The notes: generated from the letters alone by a model not told the origin. Shown: positions 52,350 through 61,953, numbered from the stretch's first letter. The stretch is DNA of 64,000 bases from an uncultured Acidobacteriaceae bacterium (GCA_963791085.1 CAWBQG010000003.1:119447-183446); one strand, 5' to 3'. Numbers and translations are program-made.

Positions 52350-55300
52350 TCATCTTAAGGGTTCGATCCTCAATTTAGAGCGAACCCCTCCATTGAGATG
52401 ATCCGTAGTGAGGTAAGGAACTTCGCGCACAATTCGCACAGCCTGATGTCGTTCGTCGGAAGGACGCGCGTGTCGTTCACGTGGTAAACCAAGCCTGCGT
52501 TCATTTTGCAACGGTAGCGGCTCAGAGATCGAAGTTAGGTCAACGACTGTGATTCCATTGCCGGTCCCGGTTATGGCAACCAGAACATTGTCCGTACCGT
52601 CGTCGACCAGTGCGTCGTAGTTAGGCGAGAGTGCAACTGGGAGCGAGACTCGGTCTTGCAGGTTGCCGAATCCGTTGGCGAAAACATCGATCCCGTTTGT
52701 GGAGGGCTGAAAGATTAAGCGCCCATCGGGGCTCATTTTGGCGCCGTAGACATAGAGAATATTCAGATTTTCCCGGTCATTCATCGCGTAGTACGATTCC
52801 TGGTTCAGGTCGTAATCGTAGATGTAAAAGCCCGCAGTTAGCTGCATTTGGTTGCTGGATAGTGCCAATTCGTAGTTGGCACAACAGTTGCGATAATAAG
52901 GTGCGTACATCTGGTTAGTTGAAGTATCTATGCTGAATAGTTGGCCGTCGTCATTAAAAAAGACCTCGGAGTTATCCGGGCTGATTAGTGTTCGAAGATA
53001 GACGTCACTTGGTTCGTTGGGACCCTCTTCATAAGCTATGATCTGGCCCGTATTCGTATTTAGCCCAAAAAACTGCGAAGGAAGGCCGTACCCCCCAACG
53101 ATTCCCGAGGCAACTGTTGCGAAGTACACCATTCCGCTATCGTTAACCGAGACTCCGCAGGGAACCGCGGCACTGCCCAACTGGGCGATTACCACGAACG
53201 TCTGCACCGAAGTTGGGCTTGCAGGATTGAGAACGTAAATCGCGCCAGCGCTGGTATCGGCGATAGCCATCATGCTGCCGTTCGGCGAGAGCGCAATCCC
53301 CCACAACCTTTGTGTTGCTCCTGCAGGAGCAGGGATGCTGATCGGGGGCAGCCACTTGCCTTCAGTCCGCGAGAAAACCTGGACTTGGCTTGTGTCCGTA
53401 AAGTAATAGAGGTCGGTATACGGGTCGTATATGCCTTGCACGAGCGTTGATCCCGCTAGCGCGAATTGCTGCGTTGCTGGCAGATAAGCCAAGGCGTTCG
53501 ATGCCGTCGCACCTCCCGCGCTGGAGGTGACGCGCACGTTCACTGTTGTGCCGCTGACGCCCGGCGGAATAGTGTAGGCCAGACCCTGCAAGGGAAATGG
53601 CGGCGTCACGCCGTACGCGTTCCAAGCAAATCCTGTCACCTGGGCCGCGATGCCATTCACTGTCACTACAAGATCGGATGGAATCGCATCCGAATAGAGT
53701 GGCCCAAAACCATAGCCGTAGATAAGTCCGGTCCCACCGCCCTCTGCAGTGGCCATGTTCGGCGTTACCTCCAGGATGGTTGGGCCGTAACTGAAGGCTT
53801 CAGGCAGAAGCTGCATTCCACCGTCGAAAGTGAATGCGTAGACATCGACCGGTCCCGCTTGACCTGGAGGTGTTGTTGCATAAATATATCCCGCCCCTTC
53901 CGAGATCGTGAGCGACTGCTGCGAACCGAAATAGATACCCATTAACGAACCGACTGCATTCGGATCGGACCATTTCGTCGCTGTTCCACCTGAAACCGGC
54001 CCTGTTGCGGGGTTGAGGTATCCGTTCGTGAACTGCGTGCCGAGCTGACCAGTTTGCAGCGCGGAGAGGTCGACAAAACCGATGCCCTCTTCCATCGGGC
54101 CAACATATAGGCCTGTTCCATCTGTGGCCAGAAGATATGGGCTGCTAGGAGAGGTGAACGACGTGCCGCCGCTGATCGATTGAACGTCCATCTGCGGTGC
54201 CCAGCCTATAAGTTGTTGCGTTGCAAGATCGTACGCATAGATGTACTGGTAAGCGGCTGAGGAGAGGAACAGCGTTGTCGAATCGGGACTTATGCTGAGA
54301 GTACCACCACTGGCTATATCGAATTGCGAAACTAAAGCAAGAGTCTGCGCGTCAAACACGTCTGCAACAGAGGGATTTCCCTGAGTGAGCAGCTCGGTCG
54401 TCATGACGATATACTTTCCGTCCGGTGTAACGAGAATGTCGTATAGAGAATCCGCGAACAACCCCCCTTCTGAAGTGGAAACGACCGCGCCGGTTGAGGC
54501 ATTCATTTCGCGCAGGCCAGAATCTCCGAAGATGATCTGAGTGCGATCTGCGCTGAGCATGAAGCCGGTGATGGAATCATCGTCACCACCCCAGAGCGTA
54601 AGAGAGTTATTAGTTGGATTCCAGAGCGCAATGTTCGGCGCACCGTCAAAGGGGCCTGGGGCGGTCGCTCCTCCTATCAACGCTAATCGGCCATCCGCCA
54701 ACGGCAATGCCGCGTATGCGAAGAAACCATGGGGACCAATTTCCGACGCGGGATACCGCTGAGTAACGGTCATCCCCACAGGATCGACTGCGTAAACGTC
54801 GCCGATAATTGTTCCGACGTAGAGCATCGTGTGATCGGGAGTTTGGTCAATCCCATAAGCGCCGGGAACTCCAATGCTTGATATCGTCATTTCCGATGCG
54901 CCGTCCACCACAATGACTCGATTCGAGGAAGGATCCGTTACAAAATACCGTGCTGTGCTCGTGTGATAGACGATCCAGTGCTCATTCAGCCAGGCGAAAT
55001 ATTCCGTGGCCGCATCAGTCCGAACGTAGCGCGTACGAACAGGCAATCCGCTAGACGTGCCGTTCACCGTGAGACTTAGTGCTGCCTTGTGCGTACCAAT
55101 GTCGGCAGTGCCGACGAAAGTAATCGTGGAGCTGGTGGTCGGCGCGGAGGCCACAGCGGTAAATGTTACTTGCTGTGGTGTACCCACGACGAGGGTAAAG
55201 GTGGTTGGCGATGCCTGAACGCCGATTGGAAGCCCTGTCACTTGGACACTGATCGAGGACGAGAAGCTATTCACCGGTACCGCTGAAACGGAAACAGAAG

Positions 55301-55454
55301 CTGAAGTGCCGGCGTTCATGGACTGGCTCGTTGGGTTCACTGCCAAACTGAAGTCGGATACCGGTGGAGGACTTTGTGACCCGCCGCCAGCGCCGCTTCC
55401 GCACCCCGCTACCACGAGAACAAGCAGCGCGACCGCGAGAGCGTGCCCTTTCAT
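52350..55454 (-). CDS. large lipoprotein with Ig-like, beta-propeller and IPT/TIG domains
   Basis: ORF 52350..55484. The ATG at 55454 gives MKGHALAVALLVLVVAGC, a lipobox. It has an IPT/TIG-like segment (PTILEVTPNMATAEGGGTGLIYGYGFGP ... VNVRVTSSAGGATAS). GC is noticeably lower than in neighbouring genes. Confidence 0.8.
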   Translation of the reverse strand: MKGHALAVALLVLVVAGCGSGAGGGSQSPPPVSDFSLAVNPTSQSMNAGTSASVSVSAVPVNSFSSSISVQVTGLPIGVQASPTTFTLVVGTPQQVTFTAVASAPTTSSTITFVGTADIGTHKAALSLTVNGTSSGLPVRTRYVRTDAATEYFAWLNEHWIVYHTSTARYFVTDPSSNRVIVVDGASEMTISSIGVPGAYGIDQTPDHTMLYVGTIIGDVYAVDPVGMTVTQRYPASEIGPHGFFAYAALPLADGRLALIGGATAPGPFDGAPNIALWNPTNNSLTLWGGDDDSITGFMLSADRTQIIFGDSGLREMNASTGAVVSTSEGGLFADSLYDILVTPDGKYIVMTTELLTQGNPSVADVFDAQTLALVSQFDIASGGTLSISPDSTTLFLSSAAYQYIYAYDLATQQLIGWAPQMDVQSISGGTSFTSPSSPYLLATDGTGLYVGPMEEGIGFVDLSALQTGQLGTQFTNGYLNPATGPVSGGTATKWSDPNAVGSLMGIYFGSQQSLTISEGAGYIYATTPPGQAGPVDVYAFTFDGGMQLLPEAFSYGPTILEVTPNMATAEGGGTGLIYGYGFGPLYSDAIPSDLVVTVNGIAAQVTGFAWNAYGVTPPFPLQGLAYTIPPGVSGTTVNVRVTSSAGGATASNALAYLPATQQFALAGSTLVQGIYDPYTDLYYFTDTSQVQVFSRTEGKWLPPISIPAPAGATQRLWGIALSPNGSMMAIADTSAGAIYVLNPASPTSVQTFVVIAQLGSAAVPCGVSVNDSGMVYFATVASGIVGGYGLPSQFFGLNTNTGQIIAYEEGPNEPSDVYLRTLISPDNSEVFFNDDGQLFSIDTSTNQMYAPYYRNCCANYELALSSNQMQLTAGFYIYDYDLNQESYYAMNDRENLNILYVYGAKMSPDGRLIFQPSTNGIDVFANGFGNLQDRVSLPVALSPNYDALVDDGTDNVLVAITGTGNGITVVDLTSISEPLPLQNERRLGLPRERHARPSDERHQAVRIVREVPYLTTDHLNGGVRSKLRIEPLR

Positions 55455-55587
55455 AGTGACCACCAAAGCAGTTTTCGCCAGCAAACTTAACTAACTGACT
55501 TACATCCTGTTGTCAAGTTGGAAACAGCAATGTCACAGTAATGTGTGACGGCCAGCACGACAGGAGATAGTACCTGCGTCTTTTCAT

Positions 55588-55627
55588 AAAAAAACATACC
55601 CCGCGGCCCGATTTCGGTTTCGGGGTA
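55588..55627 (-). terminator. intrinsic terminator on the minus strand without an obvious upstream minus-strand gene
   Basis: On the minus strand: 'taccccg...cggggta' stem (55597-55627) followed by 'tgttttttt' (55596-55588). Confidence 0.45.
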
Positions 55628-55676
55628 CCAGGTGCTTGCGCGGGGCGATTTTGGAAGGTGGACGCGTCTGTGGAAT

Positions 55677-55733
55677 CCCAGGTCTCGAAAAGCGCGAGAC
55701 CCTTCGACAGGCTCAGGGCAGGCTCTGGGGCAC
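55677..55733 (+). repeat. 57-nt repeat, family E, copy 2
   Basis: Direct repeat of 52224..52280. The two copies bracket the 1034-aa lipoprotein gene. Confidence 0.85.
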
Positions 55734-55840
55734 GCAGCTCTGGAGCACCCGGCAACCGCAAAAATCGACTTCTCGCCTGGTCGATGGTACGATATCCGCC
55801 ATTTTGTGGGACATAATGTAAATAACTGTGGGGCGTCGAA

Positions 55841-57474
55841 GTGAGAATAGGAACATTAGCAGGATTGGCCATGAGGTGCGGTCTGACTTTGGGGATTGCA
55901 CTTTCCTTGTGCGCAGCGCAGGACAAGGCCACGCCGACGCCCAGCGCCCTTGCGGAACGATCCTACGATCCGGATCTGCTTTCCTTTGACGAACTCGTCG
56001 CCCTTGCTTCAACTGCCAAACCAGAAGCCGATCTGGGTATGCGCCTCAATGCGCTCCTGAACACGCCCTTCCTGCATCAGGAGACGGCAGCCGCGGCCAT
56101 CCTCCCCCGGCGGCCGAGCGTAGGGGGGATCGGCCCAGTTCTTCGGGTTGGTCTGTGGAACATCGAGAGAGGTCTGAACCTCGATCTGATTCGATCTGCA
56201 CTCAGCGATTCCAGCGGGTTTCTGCGCGACATCAACGCCCAGGATCGTACGAGCCTTCGAAAAAGGAAGCCGTCGAATCGCAACTGGCCACGCTGCAAGG
56301 TGTCGATGTTCTGGTTCTGAACGAGGCGGACTGGGGCATGAGGCGAACCGGGTATCAAGATGTGACCCGTGAACTGGCTGCCGCGCTGCACATGAATTAC
56401 GCCTACGGAGTCGAGTTCGTGGAAGTGGATCCGGTGTTCGAGTTGGGGACAGAGCAAGTGCATCTGCCGGATGCGCAGCAGGATCGACAACTGCAACAAG
56501 ATGTGCAGGTGGATCGGCAGCGATATCACGGTCTACACGGGACGGCCATCCTGAGCCGCTATCCAATCGACCGTGCGCGCATCCTTCGTCTGCCAGTCTG
56601 CTATGACTGGTACGGAAAGGAGTACAAAGCCATCTCCAAACTCGAACAGGGGAGGCGATGGTCGGCGCACAAATTGTTTCGGGAGCGAGTGGAGCGCGAA
56701 CTGCGCCAGGGCGGACGAATGGCGCTGATTGCCGATATCTCTGTGCCCGACTTACCCACCGGTCAGGCCACAATCGTGGCGACGCACCTGGAGAATAAAT
56801 GTCCGCCGGAGTGCCGCCGGCGCCAGATGCAGGCGTTGCTGGCGGAGTTGAAAGCGGACACAAATCCAGTCGTCGTCGCCGGCGATCTGAACACGACGAG
56901 CCGTGACAATACACCCACGTCGATCCGCAACGAGATCATGACGCGTGTTACAGACTACAAATTCTGGGTTGGCCAGGCAGTTTCCCACTTCCACCCGCTT
57001 GGAATTTTCCAATACGCACTCTCGCCGGTTCGTTACTTTCACGGACACAACGACCCGACCGCGTTTCATCTGCCGATTCTGTGGGACAACCGGGAGAAGC
57101 CCCTGTTTAGGACTATGGAGAAGTTCCGCTTTGACGACGGTCACGCGTTCGATTTTCGAGGCGAGCGGGAACGGACGCGTCCGCCGAAGAGTCGCACGCT
57201 CGCCGACAGCAACCAGCGGGGCGGAAAAGGTTTTGCTCCTACATACGCCTTCACTCGCGACTTCGGAGGACTCGTCGGCCGGTTCAAACTGGACTGGATC
57301 TTTGTGAAGCCATTTACCGAGAATCCGCGTCGCGCGGGACAGAGCTACCGGTTTGCTCCGCATTTCCCGGTGACGATGCGCGAATTGAACGAGTCCGTTA
57401 CGGATCGCATCTCGGACCACCCACCGATGACCGTCGATTTGCCGCTGACGGAACCGGCAAAGCTGGCGCCTTGA
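55841..57474 (+). pseudogene. endonuclease/exonuclease/phosphatase (EEP) family protein, frame interrupted at an A5 run
   Basis: ORF 55841..56320 (signal peptide, ...LRVGLWNIERGLNLDLI...DINAQDRTSLRK) and ORF 56155..57474 (KKEAVESQLATLQGVDVLVLNEADWG ... SDHPPMTVDL) are collinear parts of one EEP protein. The frames meet at 'cgaaaaagg', 56258..56266. The start is GTG 55841 or ATG 55871. Confidence 0.75.
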
Positions 57475-57854
57475 AAAGGTAAACGCGAGAAGCACTGTGA
57501 CTGCGGTTCAGCGGCAACAAGGACTAAGTGGTCAGAGAAGGGCGTGGACAATAAACAAGATAAGTGGTGGAAGGCAGCGGGAGTCGGATTGCTCTATCGC
57601 GATGTTACGTCAAGGGACCCTCTTGAGGCGCCGCCAATTCCGCGGCCTTCATTGATTCACTTGCCCCTGTCTTCCGCGCTACGACTGCAACTCTTTGCAG
57701 ATTGACAGGGGCAACAACCGCCGAGCACAATGTTGGACACGTTTTGAGCACATCCTTTGTCCGATGCCCAGAACCTCATTTCCCATACCGGCTTTTTGCA
57801 TGGTATTGGGCACCACCTGGAACTACGATGTGGCCAAGGACTTGAGTTAGGTGC

Positions 57855-60233
57855 GTGCGAAAAATACCGCGTCCAGAAAAGACCAATGTGCAAGACCGTC
57901 CGGTGCATCCGAACCCTGATCGGGTGCAACCAGTTCAGGCGCCCGCCCCACTGGTTGGGATTCGCGATGCCGTCCCCTTTGTAGCGATCTGGCTGTCCGT
58001 TTTTTTGGCCTACTGGCCCGCGCTCCGGGGAGGCCTAGTTTGGGACGACACGTTCCATATCACTGCGCCGCAGTTGCGATCTTTCCACGGTCTGTGGCGC
58101 GTCTGGTTTCAGCTGGGCGCCACTCAGCAATACTATCCGCTGCTGCACAGTGCATTTTGGATTGAGCACCGTTTGTGGGCCGACGCCGTAATCGGCTACC
58201 ATCTTGCGAACGTCACGCAGCATGCCCTGGCAGCCTGTCTCGTCGTGCTGATCGTGCGACGCCTCGGACTGCCGGGCGCGTGGTTAGCGGGCTTGATCTT
58301 TGCGTTGCACCCGGTGTGCGTGGAAACAGTAGCCTGGATTTCAGAGCAAAAGAGCACGCTCTCGGCGGTGTTCTACCTAGGGTCGGCGCTGACTTACCTG
58401 CGTTTCGATCGGACCCGCCGGAAATCCGACTACCTGTGGGCACTCGGGCTGTTTTTCCTGGCCCTGCTCAGCAAAACCGTGACCGCAACGCTTCCGCCGG
58501 TGTTGCTGGTGATTTTCTGGTGGCAGCGGGGCAGGCTTGACTGGCGGCGCGACGTGCGACCTTTGGTGCCGTGGTTTGTGATCGGCGCGAGCGCGGGCAT
58601 GTTTACGGCATGGGTGGAAAAGACCTACATCGCCGCCCACGGCGCAACTTATAATCTCACGTTTGGCCAACACCTCCTGCTGACCGGCCGGATAATCTGC
58701 TTTTACGCCGGCAAGCTAGCGTGGCCGTCCAACCTGATCTTCACATACCCGCGCTGGCAACTGGATCCTACCGCCTGGAGCCAATATCTGTACCCGCTAG
58801 CGGTTGCAGTGGTATCCCTTGGCCTCTGGCGGCTCGCGAGGCGATACCGCGGACCTCTCGCGGGGTTTCTGATCTTCTCCGGAACCCTGTTCCCGGTGCT
58901 GGGGTTCTTCAATGTTTATCCCTTTCGATTCTCTTACGTCGCCGACCACTTCCAATACCTAGCCTCTCTAGGAATGATTGTGCCGGTTGCCAGCGTGCTC
59001 GCGGCCACGATCCAGCGGGTCTCTCCCGGCAAAGCGAGTGCGGCAGCTCTGGTTGTATTGCCAGCGATTCTCGGGGGGTTGACGTGGCGGCAGAGCGCCA
59101 TGTACGTCGACAGCGAGACATTGTACCGGACAACTGTGGCACGCAACCCGGCGAGTTGGATGGGGCACAATAACCTGGGAGTATTGTTGTTACAAGTCCC
59201 AGGCCGGCGGCCAGAGGCCATCGCCGAATTCCAGGCAGCGTTGCGGATTGCCCCCGACTACGTGGAAGCGCACAACAACCTGGGACTCGCGCTGGCACAA
59301 ACTCCCAACGGTCTACCGGAAGCAATTTCGGAGTATCAAGCTGCTCTGCGCATACAGCCCGACAACGCGGAAGCGCATGACTCAATGGGCGCTGCGCTCA
59401 TGGACCCCGCCTTCGCCTTGACGGCGAATAGTCTCGACGGATTGGATACCCAACAGAAGCGGATGGACGCGGCCCGCCGACACTGGGAGTATGCTTTGGG
59501 ACTGCGCCGGCGGTTCTTGCAGGGGCATCCGGAAGCGCCGCCGCAGAAGGGCATAGCCACGGAGCTGAACAACCTGGGTTTCGTGGATCGACTCCAGAAC
59601 CGTACAGAAGATGCACGCAAGCACTATGAGGAAGCCTTAAATGTCTACCGGCAGCTTGCGCAGCAGGACCCAGACGCGTACCTACCCTTATTGGCGGCGG
59701 CCCTGGACAACCTGGGAGCCATGGAGCGACTCCAGAACCGGATGGATGAGGCCAGCCAGCACGACGCGGAGGCCTTGACGATCCGCCGCCAACTGGCGCG
59801 GCAGAATCCCGCCAAGTACCTCCCGGGCATGGCCATGACGTTGAACGACCTCGGGCTGGTGGAAAGACTCCAGAACCGCCTGGACGACGCCCGCCAGCAC
59901 GATGAAGAATCCCTGAAGATTGATCGTCAACTGGCGCAGCAGGACCCGGGAAAGTACGGATCATATGTGGCAGGGACGTTGATTAACTTGGGGAATCTGG
60001 ACGTTCTCCAGAACCGAACGGATGAAGCCCGGAAGCACTATGAGGAGGCTTTGAAGATTCAGTCTCAACTGAGGCAGCAGAATCCGGCTAAGTACGTGTC
60101 GGACATGGTCACGACGTTGAACAACCTGGGGAATCTGGATCTACTCCAAAAGCGGAAGGACGAAGCACAACAGCATTTCGAGCAGGCGTCCGAGTTGCGC
60201 CGTCAACTGGCGCAGCGGAATCCGGACAAGTAA
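57855..60233 (+). CDS. membrane protein with TMTC/DUF1736-like polytopic N-terminal domain and C-terminal TPR repeats
   Basis: 792 aa. About 10 TM helices (WPALRGGLVWDD ... HPVCVETVAWISEQKS), then classical TPRs (AEFQAALRIAPDYVEAHNNLGLAL), then five tandem 42-aa TPR-like repeats. Confidence 0.85.
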   Translation: MRKIPRPEKTNVQDRPVHPNPDRVQPVQAPAPLVGIRDAVPFVAIWLSVFLAYWPALRGGLVWDDTFHITAPQLRSFHGLWRVWFQLGATQQYYPLLHSAFWIEHRLWADAVIGYHLANVTQHALAACLVVLIVRRLGLPGAWLAGLIFALHPVCVETVAWISEQKSTLSAVFYLGSALTYLRFDRTRRKSDYLWALGLFFLALLSKTVTATLPPVLLVIFWWQRGRLDWRRDVRPLVPWFVIGASAGMFTAWVEKTYIAAHGATYNLTFGQHLLLTGRIICFYAGKLAWPSNLIFTYPRWQLDPTAWSQYLYPLAVAVVSLGLWRLARRYRGPLAGFLIFSGTLFPVLGFFNVYPFRFSYVADHFQYLASLGMIVPVASVLAATIQRVSPGKASAAALVVLPAILGGLTWRQSAMYVDSETLYRTTVARNPASWMGHNNLGVLLLQVPGRRPEAIAEFQAALRIAPDYVEAHNNLGLALAQTPNGLPEAISEYQAALRIQPDNAEAHDSMGAALMDPAFALTANSLDGLDTQQKRMDAARRHWEYALGLRRRFLQGHPEAPPQKGIATELNNLGFVDRLQNRTEDARKHYEEALNVYRQLAQQDPDAYLPLLAAALDNLGAMERLQNRMDEASQHDAEALTIRRQLARQNPAKYLPGMAMTLNDLGLVERLQNRLDDARQHDEESLKIDRQLAQQDPGKYGSYVAGTLINLGNLDVLQNRTDEARKHYEEALKIQSQLRQQNPAKYVSDMVTTLNNLGNLDLLQKRKDEAQQHFEQASELRRQLAQRNPDK
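59565..60230 (+). repeat. five tandem 126-nt (42-aa) coding repeats inside the TPR gene
   Basis: Units of the type LNNLGxxxxLQNRxDEARxHYEEALxIxRQLAQQxPxKYxxxxAxT. Confidence 0.8.
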
Positions 60234-60407
60234 CTTACCGAATTTGGCAGGTACGCTGACCAGTCCCGGTATGAGAATTTGCTACCCCAACCTGCTAGCC
60301 GAAAGCGTACGTCGCGAGCGCTGCCCCTACCTGCGAGCGCGCAGGGCCCCGTCTGTGGTCAATGGGGGGCGGCTTTGGAAGCCTCTGTCTCCTAACCCGC
60401 GCCATCC

Positions 60408-60436
60408 TTGACACCCTTCTCCGGGCTCCCTAGAAT
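60408..60436 (+). promoter_or_regulatory. near-consensus sigma70-like promoter (TTGACA-N17-TAGAAT) with no adjacent ORF
   Basis: 'ttgaca' at 60408-60413 and 'tagaat' at 60431-60436. The next gene (hrcA) starts 465 nt downstream. Confidence 0.45.
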
Positions 60437-60744
60437 CGAAAATGGAGTAGTGGAATCGTAATCTAAGCCTCTGCATCTAAAGTATTTAGGAGGGCGCTTC
60501 CGACTCCTGCTCATGGCGAAGAGCGCGGATCAGCGGAGCATCCTTAATTTGGTTCAGTCAACTTTCCCACCCTAACGTCGCAAAAGGCGCGAGGTTAGGA
60601 TGGGGCACCCTCGAGGATGCAGGTGCAAGCCTCGGGGATTTACAACTGGTTTCATAAGGGGATGTCACGAGGGAGAAGCTCTCATTTTTGGGGGCGTCTG
60701 GCGGCACGGCTAAGCAGTTTGCTGAAAAACTCGGCGGAGATACC

Positions 60745-60875
60745 TCGGGGGCTAAAGCCCTGGCAGAAAAAAAGGGCTTTATCGCAGCGCTGAAAGCGCT
60801 GCGCCACCCAAAATCGAGTTTTTCAGCAAGCTAAATCCGTGCCCTGCCCAAAACCTATTTATGAAAACTGTTGTA
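60745..60875 (+). repeat. family A composite repeat followed by an A2-type unit
   Basis: 'cctcgggggctaaagccctgg...cgcagcgctgaaagcgctgcgccacccaaaatc...ccgtgccctgcccaaaacctatttatgaaaac'. Confidence 0.8.
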
Positions 60876-60901
60876 GGTCGTTGTAAGCACCTTGGGGACA
60901 T

Positions 60902-61945
60902 ATGCCACCAGGACCAGCGGGCGGGCGGGAACGTGAAATCCTGACCGCGATTGTCGAGACCTTTATTGCCAGCGGAGAGCCGGTGGGGTCGCGCACGATT
61001 GCGCGCGCGAGTCGCGAGGGGCTGAGTGCGGCTACGATTCGCAACGTGATGGCCGATCTGACCGAGGCGGGGTATCTCGATCAGCCGCACACTTCGGCGG
61101 GGCGCGTGCCGACTCCGGAGGCTTACCGGTATTACGTGGAGCAACTGAGCGGCGAGGCGCATCTGTCGCGCGAGAACGAGAGCATTATTCAGGATACGCT
61201 GACCGGGGTCACCGATGTGCAGGAGTTCATGGAGCGGACCTCGCACGTGCTGTCGCTGGTTTCGCACAGCGTGGGCGTGACGATTGCAACGAGCGGGCCG
61301 CGCAATGCGCTGGAGCACGTTTACTTCTCGCGACTGGGCGATCAGAAAGTGCTGGCGGTGGTGGTGACGCGGTCGGGCGTGGTGCGCGACCGGGTGCTGC
61401 GGCTGGATATTGCGCAGGGCGATCTGGACGTGGCGGCGCGCTACCTGAACGACAATTTTCGCGGCTGGACGATGGAGGACATGCGCTCGGAACTGGCGCG
61501 TCGCATTGAAGGCGAGCGCAGCGAGTACGACCGGCTGATGCAGTCGCTGGAACAGCTGTACAAGCAGGGAGCGCTGGCGGCGAGCGACGGCACCGAAGCG
61601 GTATTCGTGGAAGGCGCGGCCAATCTGCTGACCGGCGAAGAGGACCACCAGCGGCTGCAGGATCTGCTGCGCACTTTGGAAGAGAAAGAAAAAGTGGTGA
61701 AGCTGCTGGGCGCGTATCTCGACACGAAGCAGGAAGCGGTGCGCGTGGTGATCGGGCTGGATGAGGCGCTGCCGGCGTCATCGTTGCAGAATTTTGTGCT
61801 GATTGGAGCGCCGGCGCGAGTGGGCAAGGAAGTTGTGGGCTCGCTGGCGGTGATTGGGCCAACGCGACTGGATTATCAGCACACGATGTCGGCGGTGTCG
61901 TATATCGCGCGGCTGTTTGACAGACTATTGAACGAATCGGAGTAA
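60902..61945 (+). CDS. hrcA: heat-inducible transcription repressor HrcA
   Basis: 347 aa with N-terminus REREILTAIVETFIASGEPVGSRTI and RNVMADLTEAGYL. Confidence 0.9.
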   Translation: MPPGPAGGREREILTAIVETFIASGEPVGSRTIARASREGLSAATIRNVMADLTEAGYLDQPHTSAGRVPTPEAYRYYVEQLSGEAHLSRENESIIQDTLTGVTDVQEFMERTSHVLSLVSHSVGVTIATSGPRNALEHVYFSRLGDQKVLAVVVTRSGVVRDRVLRLDIAQGDLDVAARYLNDNFRGWTMEDMRSELARRIEGERSEYDRLMQSLEQLYKQGALAASDGTEAVFVEGAANLLTGEEDHQRLQDLLRTLEEKEKVVKLLGAYLDTKQEAVRVVIGLDEALPASSLQNFVLIGAPARVGKEVVGSLAVIGPTRLDYQHTMSAVSYIARLFDRLLNESE

Positions 61946-61953
61946 TTGGCAGT

